A stretch of DNA of 64,000 bases, taken from NCBI GenBank assembly GCA_903825255.1, contig CAIJZZ010000060.1:5967-69966 (forward strand), in the 5' to 3' direction. How positions within the stretch are numbered: position 1 is the stretch's first letter; each line of letters begins with the position of its first letter. Both the position numbers and the translations under genes were made by a program. Below, piece by piece: positions 40,844 to 50,016 of this stretch. The notes below the pieces were generated by a model. The model worked only from the letters and a program-made list of their open reading frames with translations. It ran no database searches and was not told the DNA's origin. The DNA is from an uncultured bacterium (GTDB lineage: Bacteria; Patescibacteriota; Minisyncoccia; Phycocordibacterales; UBA9973).

Positions 40844-42076
40844 ATGAAAAAGAAAATAAAATCTGTGCATCATACAAAAAAAGTAAAAGTTAATAAAAAG
40901 AAAAGTTCCCTAAAAAAGAAACAAAAAGTTATTAAAAAAAGTGTTAAAAAAATTAAAAAAGTATTAAAAATAAAAAAGGAATCAACTAAAAAACTTACTG
41001 CTTCTGAAAAAAAAGCAGAAACACTTGAGCGTCTATCAAATGAGCTTATTATTAAAGGGCGTAAAAGAGGTTTTATTACCTATGATGAAATATTAAAAAC
41101 TTTTCCTGATATCGAAAATAATATTTTGTTTTTAGATGAACTTTATGAGAAATTAGCTACTTCTGGTATTGATGTACTCGAAGGTGGTAATTTACTTAAT
41201 CTAGATTTAGATCTTACTGATAAGGATTTAAATAAATCTTCAATGCATGATTCTATTCAAATGTACTTGAAGGAGATAGGACAATATCCGTTAATTTATG
41301 CTAGTGATGAAAAAGATTTAGCGAAGCGTATTGAGCATGGAGATGAAGAAGCAAAAAATATTTTAGCTAGAGCAAACTTACGACTAGTCGTTTCAATCGC
41401 TAAAAAATATGTAGGACGCAGTGCTGATTTAACTCTACTTGATTTAATTCAAGAGGGTAATTTAGGTTTATTTAAAGCAGTAGAAAAATTTGATTGGACG
41501 AAAGGCTATAAGTTTTCTACTTATGCTACTTGGTGGATTCGTCAATCTATTACTCGCGCATTAGCTGATCAATCTAGAACTATTCGTATTCCTGTCCATA
41601 TGGTAGAAACTATTTCTAAATATAAACAAGCACACAGAAGACTCAGTCAAGATTTAGGCAGAGAGCCATTAGCTGAGGAAATAGCGACCGAAATGGGTAT
41701 ACCGGTAGAAAAAATACATGTAATTGAAAACATTTCCCAGGAAACTATTTCTTTAGAACAACCAGTCGGAGATGATGATGATAAATCAACCCTCGAGAAT
41801 TTCATTCCAGATGATAAAATTTTAAGGCCCGACCAGGAATCTTCTCGTCGTATATTATCTGATCAAATTCGTGAAGTATTAGGTGAACTTAATCCAAAAG
41901 AGAGAAAAATTCTTGAAATGCGTTATGGACTTATAGATGGAATTCAGCATACTCTCGAAAGAGTAGGGGAAGAATTTGGTGTAACCCGTGAACGTATTCG
42001 TCAGATTGAAGCCAAAGTGCATGAAAAACTTCGCCAACACGAAAAAATTTCTAGACTGAAGAACTATTTTGACTAG
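40844..42076 (+). CDS. rpoD: primary RNA polymerase sigma factor with polybasic N-terminus
   Basis: Region 2 motifs [16 protein letters not shown] and [18 protein letters not shown]. Region 3. Region 4 motif [17 protein letters not shown]. The N-terminal ~55 aa are about half Lys. Confidence 0.95.
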   Translation: MKKKIKSVHHTKKVKVNKKKSSLKKKQKVIKKSVKKIKKVLKIKKESTKKLTASEKKAETLERLSNELIIKGRKRGFITYDEILKTFPDIENNILFLDELYEKLATSGIDVLEGGNLLNLDLDLTDKDLNKSSMHDSIQMYLKEIGQYPLIYASDEKDLAKRIEHGDEEAKNILARANLRLVVSIAKKYVGRSADLTLLDLIQEGNLGLFKAVEKFDWTKGYKFSTYATWWIRQSITRALADQSRTIRIPVHMVETISKYKQAHRRLSQDLGREPLAEEIATEMGIPVEKIHVIENISQETISLEQPVGDDDDKSTLENFIPDDKILRPDQESSRRILSDQIREVLGELNPKERKILEMRYGLIDGIQHTLERVGEEFGVTRERIRQIEAKVHEKLRQHEKISRLKNYFD

Positions 42077-42090
42077 CTTTAGTTAAATTA

Positions 42091-42115
42091 AAAAATCCCC
42101 GTTAGGGGATTTTTT
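42091..42115. terminator. bidirectional intrinsic terminator between rpoD and the DsbA-like gene
   Basis: AAAAATCCCC-GTTA-GGGGATTTTT. Confidence 0.75.
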
Positions 42116-42131
42116 AATAATTATTTAATTT

Positions 42132-42839
42132 TTATTTTAAAGCATTATCAAGTTTAACTGAAACAGATAAATCTGGACGAGTTGGGTCTTTAAAAGGATA
42201 TGCACCCTCTACGGTATCTACTACTTTGCCATTCTTTAAAATAAAGCTATTAGGTGTACTTTGAACTCCAGCTTTTCCAGCATTAGTTGTAGAGTCTGTG
42301 ACAACTTTTGTGTATTTACCTGAGTCTAAACATTGATTGAAGGCAGTTGTGTCCAATCCTAATGTTTTAGCAAAAGCTTTTAGATTTGCGTCAGCAAAAC
42401 CACCTTTATTTTCACCATTTTGATGAGTGAAAAGATAATCATGAAATTCCCAATATTTATTTTGGTCTCCAGCACACCATGCTGCTTCTGCTGATTTAAC
42501 AGATTCTGGACCTAAGAAGGCAAAATCTCGATAAACAAACTGGATTTTACCAGTTTTAACATAATTTTCAATGACTGGTTGTGTAGTTTCTGTGAAGAAT
42601 TTTCCACAAAACGGACATTGAAAATCAGCATATTCTACCATCACTACTTTTGCCCCTGCATTTCCTAAAACGTGGTCAGAGGCAGTGACAGGATCGATTT
42701 GAGCAATTTCTGCTTTTTTATCAGTAGTAGGATTTACTGAAGTAGGTGTTTTGCTTTTTATTAATATAGCCCCAGCAATAAATACACCCACAATGATGAT
42801 TGCTGCGGCTATTTGTTTAAAACCATTATTTTTTTCCAT
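42132..42839 (-). CDS. membrane-anchored DsbA-family thiol:disulfide oxidoreductase
   Basis: N-terminal TM helix. EYADFQCPFCGKF CxxC motif. Thioredoxin-fold length of ~200 aa. Confidence 0.8.
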   Translation of the reverse strand: MEKNNGFKQIAAAIIIVGVFIAGAILIKSKTPTSVNPTTDKKAEIAQIDPVTASDHVLGNAGAKVVMVEYADFQCPFCGKFFTETTQPVIENYVKTGKIQFVYRDFAFLGPESVKSAEAAWCAGDQNKYWEFHDYLFTHQNGENKGGFADANLKAFAKTLGLDTTAFNQCLDSGKYTKVVTDSTTNAGKAGVQSTPNSFILKNGKVVDTVEGAYPFKDPTRPDLSVSVKLDNALK

Positions 42840-43019
42840 ATTTTATATTATTTACCCGATTTTTATACCGAGAAAGTTAAATTGTTAATTATTAATACTT
42901 GCTATTGTATCACCTTTTTTGCAAATATGGTATACTTGACTGTATTAAAGGTCTTTTTTATAAATTAACTTGTCTTTTTATTTCATTTTTTGAAAAAATA
43001 AGACTAAATAAAAAAATAT

Positions 43020-43322
43020 ATGTGTGGAAATTGTAAAGATGGTGTTTGTAAAGGTGATTGCACTTTACATATGGTTGCTAAAATTTTAGTAATTGTTGGT
43101 GGTGTAAATTGGGGATTAGTTGGTTTAGGTATGCTTATGAGTTATTCAATATCGAGCTGGAATGTTGTTCATATAATATTTGGCTCTATGCCTGCCTTAG
43201 AAGGAATAATTTATGTGCTTGTAGGAGTGGCTGCAGTTATGATGATTTTTCGTGGTAAATGTAAAAAATGTTGTGGAGTAGAAGCTCCTATTGTTTCAGG
43301 TGCTACAGAAACAAAAATGTAA
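43020..43322 (+). CDS. DUF378-family small membrane protein with Cys-rich N- and C-terminal extensions
   Basis: Core VGGVNWGLVGL...IYVLVGVAAV matches the DUF378 pattern. Extra MCGNCKDGVCKGDC at the N-terminus and CKKCC at the C-terminus. Confidence 0.65.
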   Translation: MCGNCKDGVCKGDCTLHMVAKILVIVGGVNWGLVGLGMLMSYSISSWNVVHIIFGSMPALEGIIYVLVGVAAVMMIFRGKCKKCCGVEAPIVSGATETKM

Positions 43323-43332
43323 TTATTTTTTC

Positions 43333-43361
43333 AAAAATCCCCAATTTTATTGGGGATTTTT
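43333..43361 (+). terminator. intrinsic terminator
   Basis: AAAAATCCCCAA-TTTTA-TTGGGGATTTTT. Confidence 0.7.
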
Positions 43362-43404
43362 GCTTTTTTGTAGTAAAAATGGTATAACCAGATTGAGTTT
43401 AATT

Positions 43405-44697
43405 ATGAATATAATTTCCGGAATAGTATATGTTTTAACCTTTTTATCTGTTTACGTACAGGTCTTTTTTCTTATTACCTTCTTAGAAAGAAAAAAGAAT
43501 ATTTTAGTTCGAACTAAAACTATTGAATTAAAAGAATATCCTGGGGTTACAATAATTGTGCCTTGTTATAATGAGGAGAGAACGATTATCGGTACAATTA
43601 ATTCACTTTTAGATTTAGATTATCCCAAAGATAAAATTCAAATATTTATTATCGATGATGGAAGTAAAGATAATACCTGGCAAACTATTCAAAGTTTTAC
43701 AAAATACCCGAATATAAAAGTTTTTCATAAAGAAAATGGTGGTAAATATACTGCTTTAAATCTCGGTTTAGAAAAAGTAGAAACTCCTTTTTTGGGTTGT
43801 TTAGATGCAGATTCTTTTGTTGATTCTGAAGCACTAAAGCGGATTATGACTTATTTTGATGATCAGGATACTATGGCGGTGGCTCCTTCGATTATTGTGG
43901 ATAAACCTAAAAATATTTTACAAGGAGCCCAAAAAGCTGAATATGATATGGCTGTTTATAATAAGAAGATGTTAGCTTTTCTGGGTGGAATTCATGTTAC
44001 TCCGGGACCTTTTTCTATTTTTCGTAAAAAAGTTTTTGATGACTTAGGTCCTTATCGACATGCGCATAATACTGAAGATCAAGAAATAGCCTTACGAATG
44101 CAAGAACACCATTATAAAATAGAACATTGTCCAGATGCTTATGTTTATACAATTGTACCTAATACTGTTAAAAAATTATATCGGCAGAGGCTTCGTTGGA
44201 TTTATGGTTTTATTAGAAATGCGATTGACTACAGGAGGTTAATTTTTCGGAAAGAATATGGTACGATTGCCTTTTTTACTTTACCCTCTGGTATGATTTC
44301 AGTTATTTCTGTAATCTTTTTATTTATTATGTTGGCTTATAATTTTATTCACTTTGTTTGGCATGAATTAATAGAAATTAGTGCAATTGGTTTTCACAAT
44401 ACTTTTTTCGGTTCTGGTCTTAGTTTTGATTTATTTTTCTTTAATACAAAAACAATAGTATTTATTTCAATTATCTTATATACTTCAGTTATGTTCTCTC
44501 TTCTTTTAGGTAGAAGGATGATAGAAGGTAAAATAAGAGTTTCCTTCGATATGTTTTATTTTATAATTATTTATAGTGTAATTGCGCCGTTTTGGATTCT
44601 TAAGGCATTACTTAATGCTACGAGGTCTAAGCAATCAAGCTGGATTCTTGAAAGAGAAGTCAAAAAGGCAGAACAAAAAAATGCAACAACAATTTGA
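43405..44697 (+). CDS. family 2 glycosyltransferase, processive type (PgaC/IcaA/cellulose-synthase-like)
   Basis: ORF track start 43291; ATG at 43405 preferred. Motifs VPCYNEE, DDGSKDNT, LDADS, QRLRW (QxxRW). Has N- and C-terminal TM segments. Confidence 0.85.
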   Translation: MNIISGIVYVLTFLSVYVQVFFLITFLERKKNILVRTKTIELKEYPGVTIIVPCYNEERTIIGTINSLLDLDYPKDKIQIFIIDDGSKDNTWQTIQSFTKYPNIKVFHKENGGKYTALNLGLEKVETPFLGCLDADSFVDSEALKRIMTYFDDQDTMAVAPSIIVDKPKNILQGAQKAEYDMAVYNKKMLAFLGGIHVTPGPFSIFRKKVFDDLGPYRHAHNTEDQEIALRMQEHHYKIEHCPDAYVYTIVPNTVKKLYRQRLRWIYGFIRNAIDYRRLIFRKEYGTIAFFTLPSGMISVISVIFLFIMLAYNFIHFVWHELIEISAIGFHNTFFGSGLSFDLFFFNTKTIVFISIILYTSVMFSLLLGRRMIEGKIRVSFDMFYFIIIYSVIAPFWILKALLNATRSKQSSWILEREVKKAEQKNATTI

Positions 44698-45373
44698 TTG
44701 GAAAAGATATGTAATAGTTTTTTTTATAACTCTCGGTTTGTTTTTAACAGCTATTTATTTAAGTGATTATTTTAGCAATAAAAAATTAGATCAATTAAAG
44801 ACGATTCAAGATAATATTTCTGTAGATATTCTTTCTTCAGAAACTCAGTTTTCACTTTTATCTGAACTTTCTTGTAAAAATGTTTCCGATTCAGTCCTTT
44901 CTTCTGAATTAGCTGACTTAGGACATAAACTCGAGTGGGGACAAAATGGAAACGTTGGTACGACGGAGGAGTTGTCTTATTTAAAAAAATATTATTCCTT
45001 ACTAGAAATTAAAGATTATATTTTAATGAAAAAAATATCAGCTCGTTGTAATAAAAAATCAGCTTTTATTCTTTATTTTTATACTACTGCTCAAAATTGT
45101 AGTGAATGTGAAAAGGAGGGAATAGTGCTTTCAACTTTGCGTGATAAATATCCAGAACTCAGGGTTTATTCTTTCGATTACAGTATTGATCTTTCAGCAG
45201 TGAAAGCGATGCTTAATATCTATAAAATCAAAGATACTGCTTTACCAGCTTTAGTCATAGATGATAATGTTTTAACAGGCTTCCATTCTATTGATGAGCT
45301 TGATTCTCGTGTAAGCGATTCTTTTAAACTTCAAAAGCCATTACCAGCATCAGTAAAAAAAATTATTAATTAA
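44681..45373 (+). CDS. hypothetical membrane-anchored protein with CxxC (possible thioredoxin-like)
   Basis: ATG at 44681 (MQQQFDWKRYVIVFF), overlapping the GT2 gene end by 17 nt. TM helix. CSECEKEG motif. Confidence 0.5.
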   Translation: MQQQFDWKRYVIVFFITLGLFLTAIYLSDYFSNKKLDQLKTIQDNISVDILSSETQFSLLSELSCKNVSDSVLSSELADLGHKLEWGQNGNVGTTEELSYLKKYYSLLEIKDYILMKKISARCNKKSAFILYFYTTAQNCSECEKEGIVLSTLRDKYPELRVYSFDYSIDLSAVKAMLNIYKIKDTALPALVIDDNVLTGFHSIDELDSRVSDSFKLQKPLPASVKKIIN

Positions 45374-45376
45374 ATT

Positions 45377-45402
45377 AAAAAGCCTCAATTTTGAGGCTTT
45401 TT
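45377..45402. terminator. bidirectional intrinsic terminator
   Basis: AAAAAGCCTCAA-TT-TTGAGGCTTTTT, lying between a + strand CDS and the - strand tRNA. Confidence 0.7.
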
Positions 45403-45410
45403 AATTATTT

Positions 45411-45486
45411 TGGAGCCGCCTCTCAGATTCGAACTGAGGACCTTCGCTTTACAAAAGCGTTGCTCTACCAACTGAGCTAAGGCGGC
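45411..45486 (-). tRNA. tRNA-Thr (anticodon UGU), CCA encoded
   Basis: Reverse complement reads GCCGCCT-TA-GCTC-AGTTGGTA-GAGC-A-ACGCT-TTTGTAA-AGCGA-AGGTC-CTCAG-TTCGAAT-CTGAG-AGGCGGC-TCCA. Full cloverleaf with a 7-bp acceptor stem and anticodon TGT. Confidence 0.93.
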
Positions 45487-45587
45487 ATATTTTTATTTAA
45501 TTATTAATGTAACATTCTATCCATTTGTATTGTTATCAGCCAAAACAGCTAAGGCGGTGATGTATCAATATAACTTATTTAAAGGAC

Positions 45588-46004
45588 TTATTCAAGTTTG
45601 TTATTTTGCTGTATACCTTCTTCTTCTTCGATTTTATCTTTAATTCTTTTTATTTTATGTTTATAATCTGAAATAACTTTTAGAAATTTTGAATCTTTTT
45701 TTTCTATCGACTTTAATTTTTTGTTCGGTATATATTTTTTAGTTGATTTTTTTATTTCTAGATATTTATTTTTAAGAAAATTAACAGATAAAACATAAGA
45801 CCGGACTGATTTTACAAGTAAAATATAACCATACTTTCTAGAATTTTTTACAGTCAGATGTCCAATTTCTTGTAAGTTTGGTATTTGAATAGAAAAGTTA
45901 TTTTCTGTAGTTAATTTGTTGTTTCTCAAAAGAACTATTTTTTTACCAATCATTACAATGATTCCAAGAAGAGAAAGAAAAAATAAGATTATAATAATAT
46001 GCAT
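45588..46004 (-). CDS. hypothetical membrane-anchored Lys-rich protein
   Basis: N-terminal TM helix. No family motif recognised. Confidence 0.45.
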   Translation of the reverse strand: MHIIIILFFLSLLGIIVMIGKKIVLLRNNKLTTENNFSIQIPNLQEIGHLTVKNSRKYGYILLVKSVRSYVLSVNFLKNKYLEIKKSTKKYIPNKKLKSIEKKDSKFLKVISDYKHKIKRIKDKIEEEEGIQQNNKLE

Positions 46005-46017
46005 AAGTTATTAATGT

Positions 46018-46797
46018 TTAAATTGAATAACGTTTTACTTCTTTTATTTTTGCTTTAGCTTTTTCTAATAATTGTCCGATTGTTTCATCAGCATTTTTAA
46101 TGAAAGGTTGATTGATTAATGTTTTTTCTTTAAAATATGTAGCAATCTTTCCTTCTAGCATTTTTTTCTTAATATCTTCAGGTTTATCTACGTTAGCTAC
46201 TTCCTTTTCAAATATTTCGAGCATAGTCTTTTTAGCTTCTGATGTGATTTCATCTACAGTGATATATTCTGGTTTCATTGCAGTAATATGCATTGCTATA
46301 TCTCGAGCTAATTCTGAGCTACCACCTTCTAAAGAAACAATTACTCCTGATTTACCGTTATGAATATAATTTCCTAAAATACTACCTGTTACTTCACAAA
46401 CGTCACCCAATTGTATATTTTCGCCTGTTTTTTGAATGATAGGGTCAATTAAATCTTTAGCTTCTAATTTCATTTTATCTAAACCTGTTGTGAAAGCGAG
46501 GTTAGTTAAACTTGTAAGTAGTTTAGTAAAGTCTTCATTTTGTGCTACGAAGTCAGTTTCACAAAGTAAAGAAACTAAAACGCATTTATTACCTTCAGTT
46601 TTTATCATAATGTTGCCAGATTTTACTTCTCGGTTTGATTTTTTGAGTGCTATATCTGAACTAGTTTTTTTTAAAATAGCGAGTGCTTTTTTCATATCGC
46701 CTTCAGCTTCCTCTAAAGCACGCTTACATTGCATGACTGAGATACCAGTAGCATCTCTTAGTTCCTTAATAAGTTCGGTGGTGATTTGTATTGACAT
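46018..46797 (-). CDS. tsf: translation elongation factor Ts
   Basis: ATG giving MSIQITTELIKELRDATGISVMQCKRALEEAEGDMKKA (UBA-like N-terminus of EF-Ts). Lies downstream of rpsB as in most bacteria. Confidence 0.9.
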   Translation of the reverse strand: MSIQITTELIKELRDATGISVMQCKRALEEAEGDMKKALAILKKTSSDIALKKSNREVKSGNIMIKTEGNKCVLVSLLCETDFVAQNEDFTKLLTSLTNLAFTTGLDKMKLEAKDLIDPIIQKTGENIQLGDVCEVTGSILGNYIHNGKSGVIVSLEGGSSELARDIAMHITAMKPEYITVDEITSEAKKTMLEIFEKEVANVDKPEDIKKKMLEGKIATYFKEKTLINQPFIKNADETIGQLLEKAKAKIKEVKRYSI

Positions 46798-46862
46798 AAA
46801 TTTCTTCTTTTGCCCCACGTCGAGAAGCCTGCTCTCAGACTAAGGAGCTTTAAATTTATAAT

Positions 46863-47576
46863 TTATTCTTTATTAGGCACTGACATTTGTCCGTCTTTAT
46901 AAGCTTTAGCTATAGAAGTAGTGAAAAACTTAATAGAAGGCATACCAGTATCGTTCGCTACGATAGGGAATTCAAGTTTTTTAATGTTTGAATCAGAATT
47001 AACTACAGAAACAACTGGTACGTTTGATTTATTAGCTTCTGTGGCTGCAATGTGTTCTGCTTTTGCGTCAATGATAAATAAGGCTTCTGGCATTTTTTTA
47101 AGACCTAAAAGTCCAGAATAGTATTTAGATAATTTTTCCATTTTTTTAGAAAGCATTACTCGTTCTTTCTTAGTATATTTTTCTAAACTACCTTCTTTAC
47201 TTTCTTTGTGATAATTTTCAAGCTCTGCTATTCTTTTTTTAATCTCAGTAAAGTTACTTAAAGTTCCACCAATCCAGCGTTCGGTGACATATGGCATATT
47301 TAGAGATTCAGCAGTACTTTTGATAATTTCTTTAGCTTCTGGTTTAGTTCCGACAAAAAGAACTACTTTATTTTTTGAACCTAGACTTTTTACAAACTCT
47401 AGAGCTAGATCTAGCATTTTTTCTGTTTTTTCTAAATCAATAATATCTACTCTATTTTTAGTGGCATAGATGTAGGAAGAAACCGAGGGGTGTCTTCTGG
47501 TTTTAGAGTAGCCATAATGGGCCCCCACTTTGAACATTTGCTCTACAATTGTCTCGTTATTTTCTACTTTTTTCAT
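46863..47576 (-). CDS. rpsB: 30S ribosomal protein S2
   Basis: MFKVGAHYGYSKTRRHPS, VLFVGTKPEA, RWIGGTLSNF, VVSVVNSDSN. Internal ATG (MKKVENN) preferred over the ORF track start at 47612. Confidence 0.93.
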   Translation of the reverse strand: MKKVENNETIVEQMFKVGAHYGYSKTRRHPSVSSYIYATKNRVDIIDLEKTEKMLDLALEFVKSLGSKNKVVLFVGTKPEAKEIIKSTAESLNMPYVTERWIGGTLSNFTEIKKRIAELENYHKESKEGSLEKYTKKERVMLSKKMEKLSKYYSGLLGLKKMPEALFIIDAKAEHIAATEANKSNVPVVSVVNSDSNIKKLEFPIVANDTGMPSIKFFTTSIAKAYKDGQMSVPNKE

Positions 47577-47674
47577 ATTCTTTATCCTAGCAAAAATGGC
47601 TCTATTTTGCAAATTTAACTGGTGTTAAATTAGATTTTTTTCTAACTTTGCCAAAAAGAGATTTTTCGGTTAAG

Positions 47675-48949
47675 ATGGAGTCTATGAGACAATCAAAACT
47701 TTTCACTAAGACTAAACGAGAGAGCCCAACTGATGAAGTGTCTAAAAACGCTGAATTACTTATTCGAGGAGGTTTTGTGCATAAAGAAATGGCTGGAGTT
47801 TACGATTATCTACCGCTTGGCCTTCAGGTATTACGCAAGATAGAAAATATCATTCGGGAAGAAATGAATGCGATTGGGGGGCAAGAAGTTTTTCTTTCTG
47901 CTCTTCAAGAAAAAGAATTATGGCAAAAAACAAATCGTTGGGATGATGAGATCGTCGATAACTGGTTTAAAACTAAATTTAAAAATGAAACTGAACTTGG
48001 TCTTGCATTTACTCATGAAGAACCTTTAACTAGACTAATGAAAGATTTTGTGAATTCATATCGTGATTTGCCTTTTTCTGCTTATCAGTTTCAAAATAAA
48101 TTTCGTAATGAAACTAGAGCGAAAAGCGGAGTGATGCGTACAAGAGAATTTATAATGAAAGATTTATATTCATTTTGCAAAGATGAAAAAGAACATAATG
48201 AATTTTATGAAAAAGCTAAAGAAGCCTATGAAAAAATTTTTCAACGAGTTGGGATTGGTCATATTACATATCTTACTTTCGCTTCAGGTGGAGTCTTTTC
48301 AAAATATTCACATGAATTTCAAGCACTCACTGGGGCCGGTGAAGATACTATTTATATAGATGAAGATAAAGGAATTGCTATTAATAAAGAAGTTTATACA
48401 GATGAAGTAATAGAGAATTTAGGATTATCTAAAGAAAGGCTTGTAGAAAAGCGTGCAGTAGAAGTGGGTAATATTTTTACTTTAGGTACTCGTTTTTCTG
48501 AAGCATTAGATCTAACGTATCAGACAGAAAAGGGAGATAAAAAGAATGTATTTATGGGTAGTTATGGTATCGGTCCGGCTCGATTAATGGGTACTGTAGT
48601 AGAAGCTCTGGCTGATGATAAAGGCATTATTTGGCCGGAATCAATTGCTCCATTTCGAGTACATTTATTAGTTTTAGGTGAAGACAAGGAAGTTATTAAA
48701 AAAGCAGAAGAAATTTATGCAGAATTGTTAAAAAATAAAATTGAAGTTTTATTTGATGACCGAGGAGAAATGTCTCCTGGAGAGAAATTTGCTGATGCGG
48801 ATTTACTCGGTATGCCTATACGTTTAGTTGTATCTCAAAGAAGTATGAAAGAAAGTGGTATTGAACTGAAAAAACGAAATGAAGAAAAAGGTAAAATTGT
48901 TTCGCAAGAAGAATTATTAGATTTACTTAAGCTAGAGCCTAGAGCCTAG
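47675..48949 (+). CDS. proS: proline--tRNA ligase (short, no editing insertion)
   Basis: SKNAELLIRGGFV, FQNKFRNETRAKSGVMRTREFIMKD, GSYGIGPARL. C-terminal anticodon-binding domain. Start is ambiguous (ATG at 47675 or 47684; ORF track gives TTG at 47648). Confidence 0.9.
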   Translation: MESMRQSKLFTKTKRESPTDEVSKNAELLIRGGFVHKEMAGVYDYLPLGLQVLRKIENIIREEMNAIGGQEVFLSALQEKELWQKTNRWDDEIVDNWFKTKFKNETELGLAFTHEEPLTRLMKDFVNSYRDLPFSAYQFQNKFRNETRAKSGVMRTREFIMKDLYSFCKDEKEHNEFYEKAKEAYEKIFQRVGIGHITYLTFASGGVFSKYSHEFQALTGAGEDTIYIDEDKGIAINKEVYTDEVIENLGLSKERLVEKRAVEVGNIFTLGTRFSEALDLTYQTEKGDKKNVFMGSYGIGPARLMGTVVEALADDKGIIWPESIAPFRVHLLVLGEDKEVIKKAEEIYAELLKNKIEVLFDDRGEMSPGEKFADADLLGMPIRLVVSQRSMKESGIELKKRNEEKGKIVSQEELLDLLKLEPRA

Positions 48950-48954
48950 AGCCT
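48932..48954. repeat. tandem heptamer (CTAGAGC)x3 spanning the proS stop codon
   Basis: Three perfect 7-nt units plus a partial one. TAG occurs at 48933, 48940 and 48947, so one falls in each reading frame. Confidence 0.8.
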
Positions 48955-48969
48955 GTATTATATTTATTT

Positions 48970-50016
48970 ATGTTTGATAAAATTTACAAATTAATTTCCA
49001 ATGATATCGGTATAGATTTAGGTACTGCGAATACCTTAGTGTATTTAAAGGGTCATGGGATTGTAATCAATGAGCCTTCAGTGGTAGCAGTAAATGTGAA
49101 GACCAATCAGATTTTGGCAGTTGGTTCAAAAGCGAAAGAAATGCTTGGGCGCACTCCCGGACACATTCGAGCCGTGCGACCACTTGTAGATGGCGTGATT
49201 TCTGATTTTGAAGTAACAGAAGAAATGCTTTCTTATTTGATTAATAAAGCAGACAAAATGTCAAAGAAATTTGCCCGACCGAGAGTTTTGATCGGTGTAC
49301 CTTCTAGTACTACAAATGTCGAGACTCGAGCAGTCTATGATGCCGCACACTCAGCAGGTGCAAGAGAAGTTTTTTTAGTAGAGGAACCGTTAGCGGCAGC
49401 AATCGGTATGAAATTACCAATCAAGGATCCTGTCGGTTCGATGGTCATAGATATAGGAGGGGGAACGACAGATATCGCTGTTATTTCTTTAGGTGGAATA
49501 GTTAAATCAAAAAATTTAAAAATAGCCGGTGACAGATTAAATAATGACATTGTCACTTATATGCGAGATGAATTTAAAATATTAATTGGCGACAGAACAG
49601 CTGAAACAGTAAAGATTGCTATTGGCTCAACACTTCCTGGCGAATATATGGAGACTGAAGTGCGCGGACGAGATATTTTGACTGGGCTTCCTCGTGAAGT
49701 GGTGGTGACTGATTCTGATATACGCGAAGCAATATCACTTTCAATCAAAGAACTCTTAGAAGGTATAAAAGATGTGCTTGAAACGACTCCACCCGAAATT
49801 TTATCAGACATTATGCATCGGGGAATCTTTCTCTCTGGTGGGGGAGCGTTACTTTTGGGACTTGATCAATTTTTACAAAATTCTTTAAAAATTCCAGTAT
49901 ATGTCGTAGATGATCCGCTCTCAATGGTAGCTCGAGGCACAGGTATCGTACTAGATGATTTAAATACTTATAAAGAAGTTTTAATTGGTAACCAAGATGA
50001 GCTACCTCCTAGATAA
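48970..50016 (+). CDS. mreB: rod shape-determining protein MreB
   Basis: IGIDLGTANTLVY, EPLAAAIG, VIDIGGGTTDIAVISLGG, GIFLSGGGALL. Confidence 0.95.
   Translation: MFDKIYKLISNDIGIDLGTANTLVYLKGHGIVINEPSVVAVNVKTNQILAVGSKAKEMLGRTPGHIRAVRPLVDGVISDFEVTEEMLSYLINKADKMSKKFARPRVLIGVPSSTTNVETRAVYDAAHSAGAREVFLVEEPLAAAIGMKLPIKDPVGSMVIDIGGGTTDIAVISLGGIVKSKNLKIAGDRLNNDIVTYMRDEFKILIGDRTAETVKIAIGSTLPGEYMETEVRGRDILTGLPREVVVTDSDIREAISLSIKELLEGIKDVLETTPPEILSDIMHRGIFLSGGGALLLGLDQFLQNSLKIPVYVVDDPLSMVARGTGIVLDDLNTYKEVLIGNQDELPPR

Noticed and set aside
45547-45558. AGCTAAGGCGG, an 11-nt duplicate of the tRNA-Thr 5' end about 60 nt beyond the tRNA; possible integration-site scar
   Set aside because: Matches of 10-11 nt are expected many times by chance in 64 kb. 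It duplicates the 5' rather than the 3' end of the tRNA, and no integrase or foreign-looking genes flank it.
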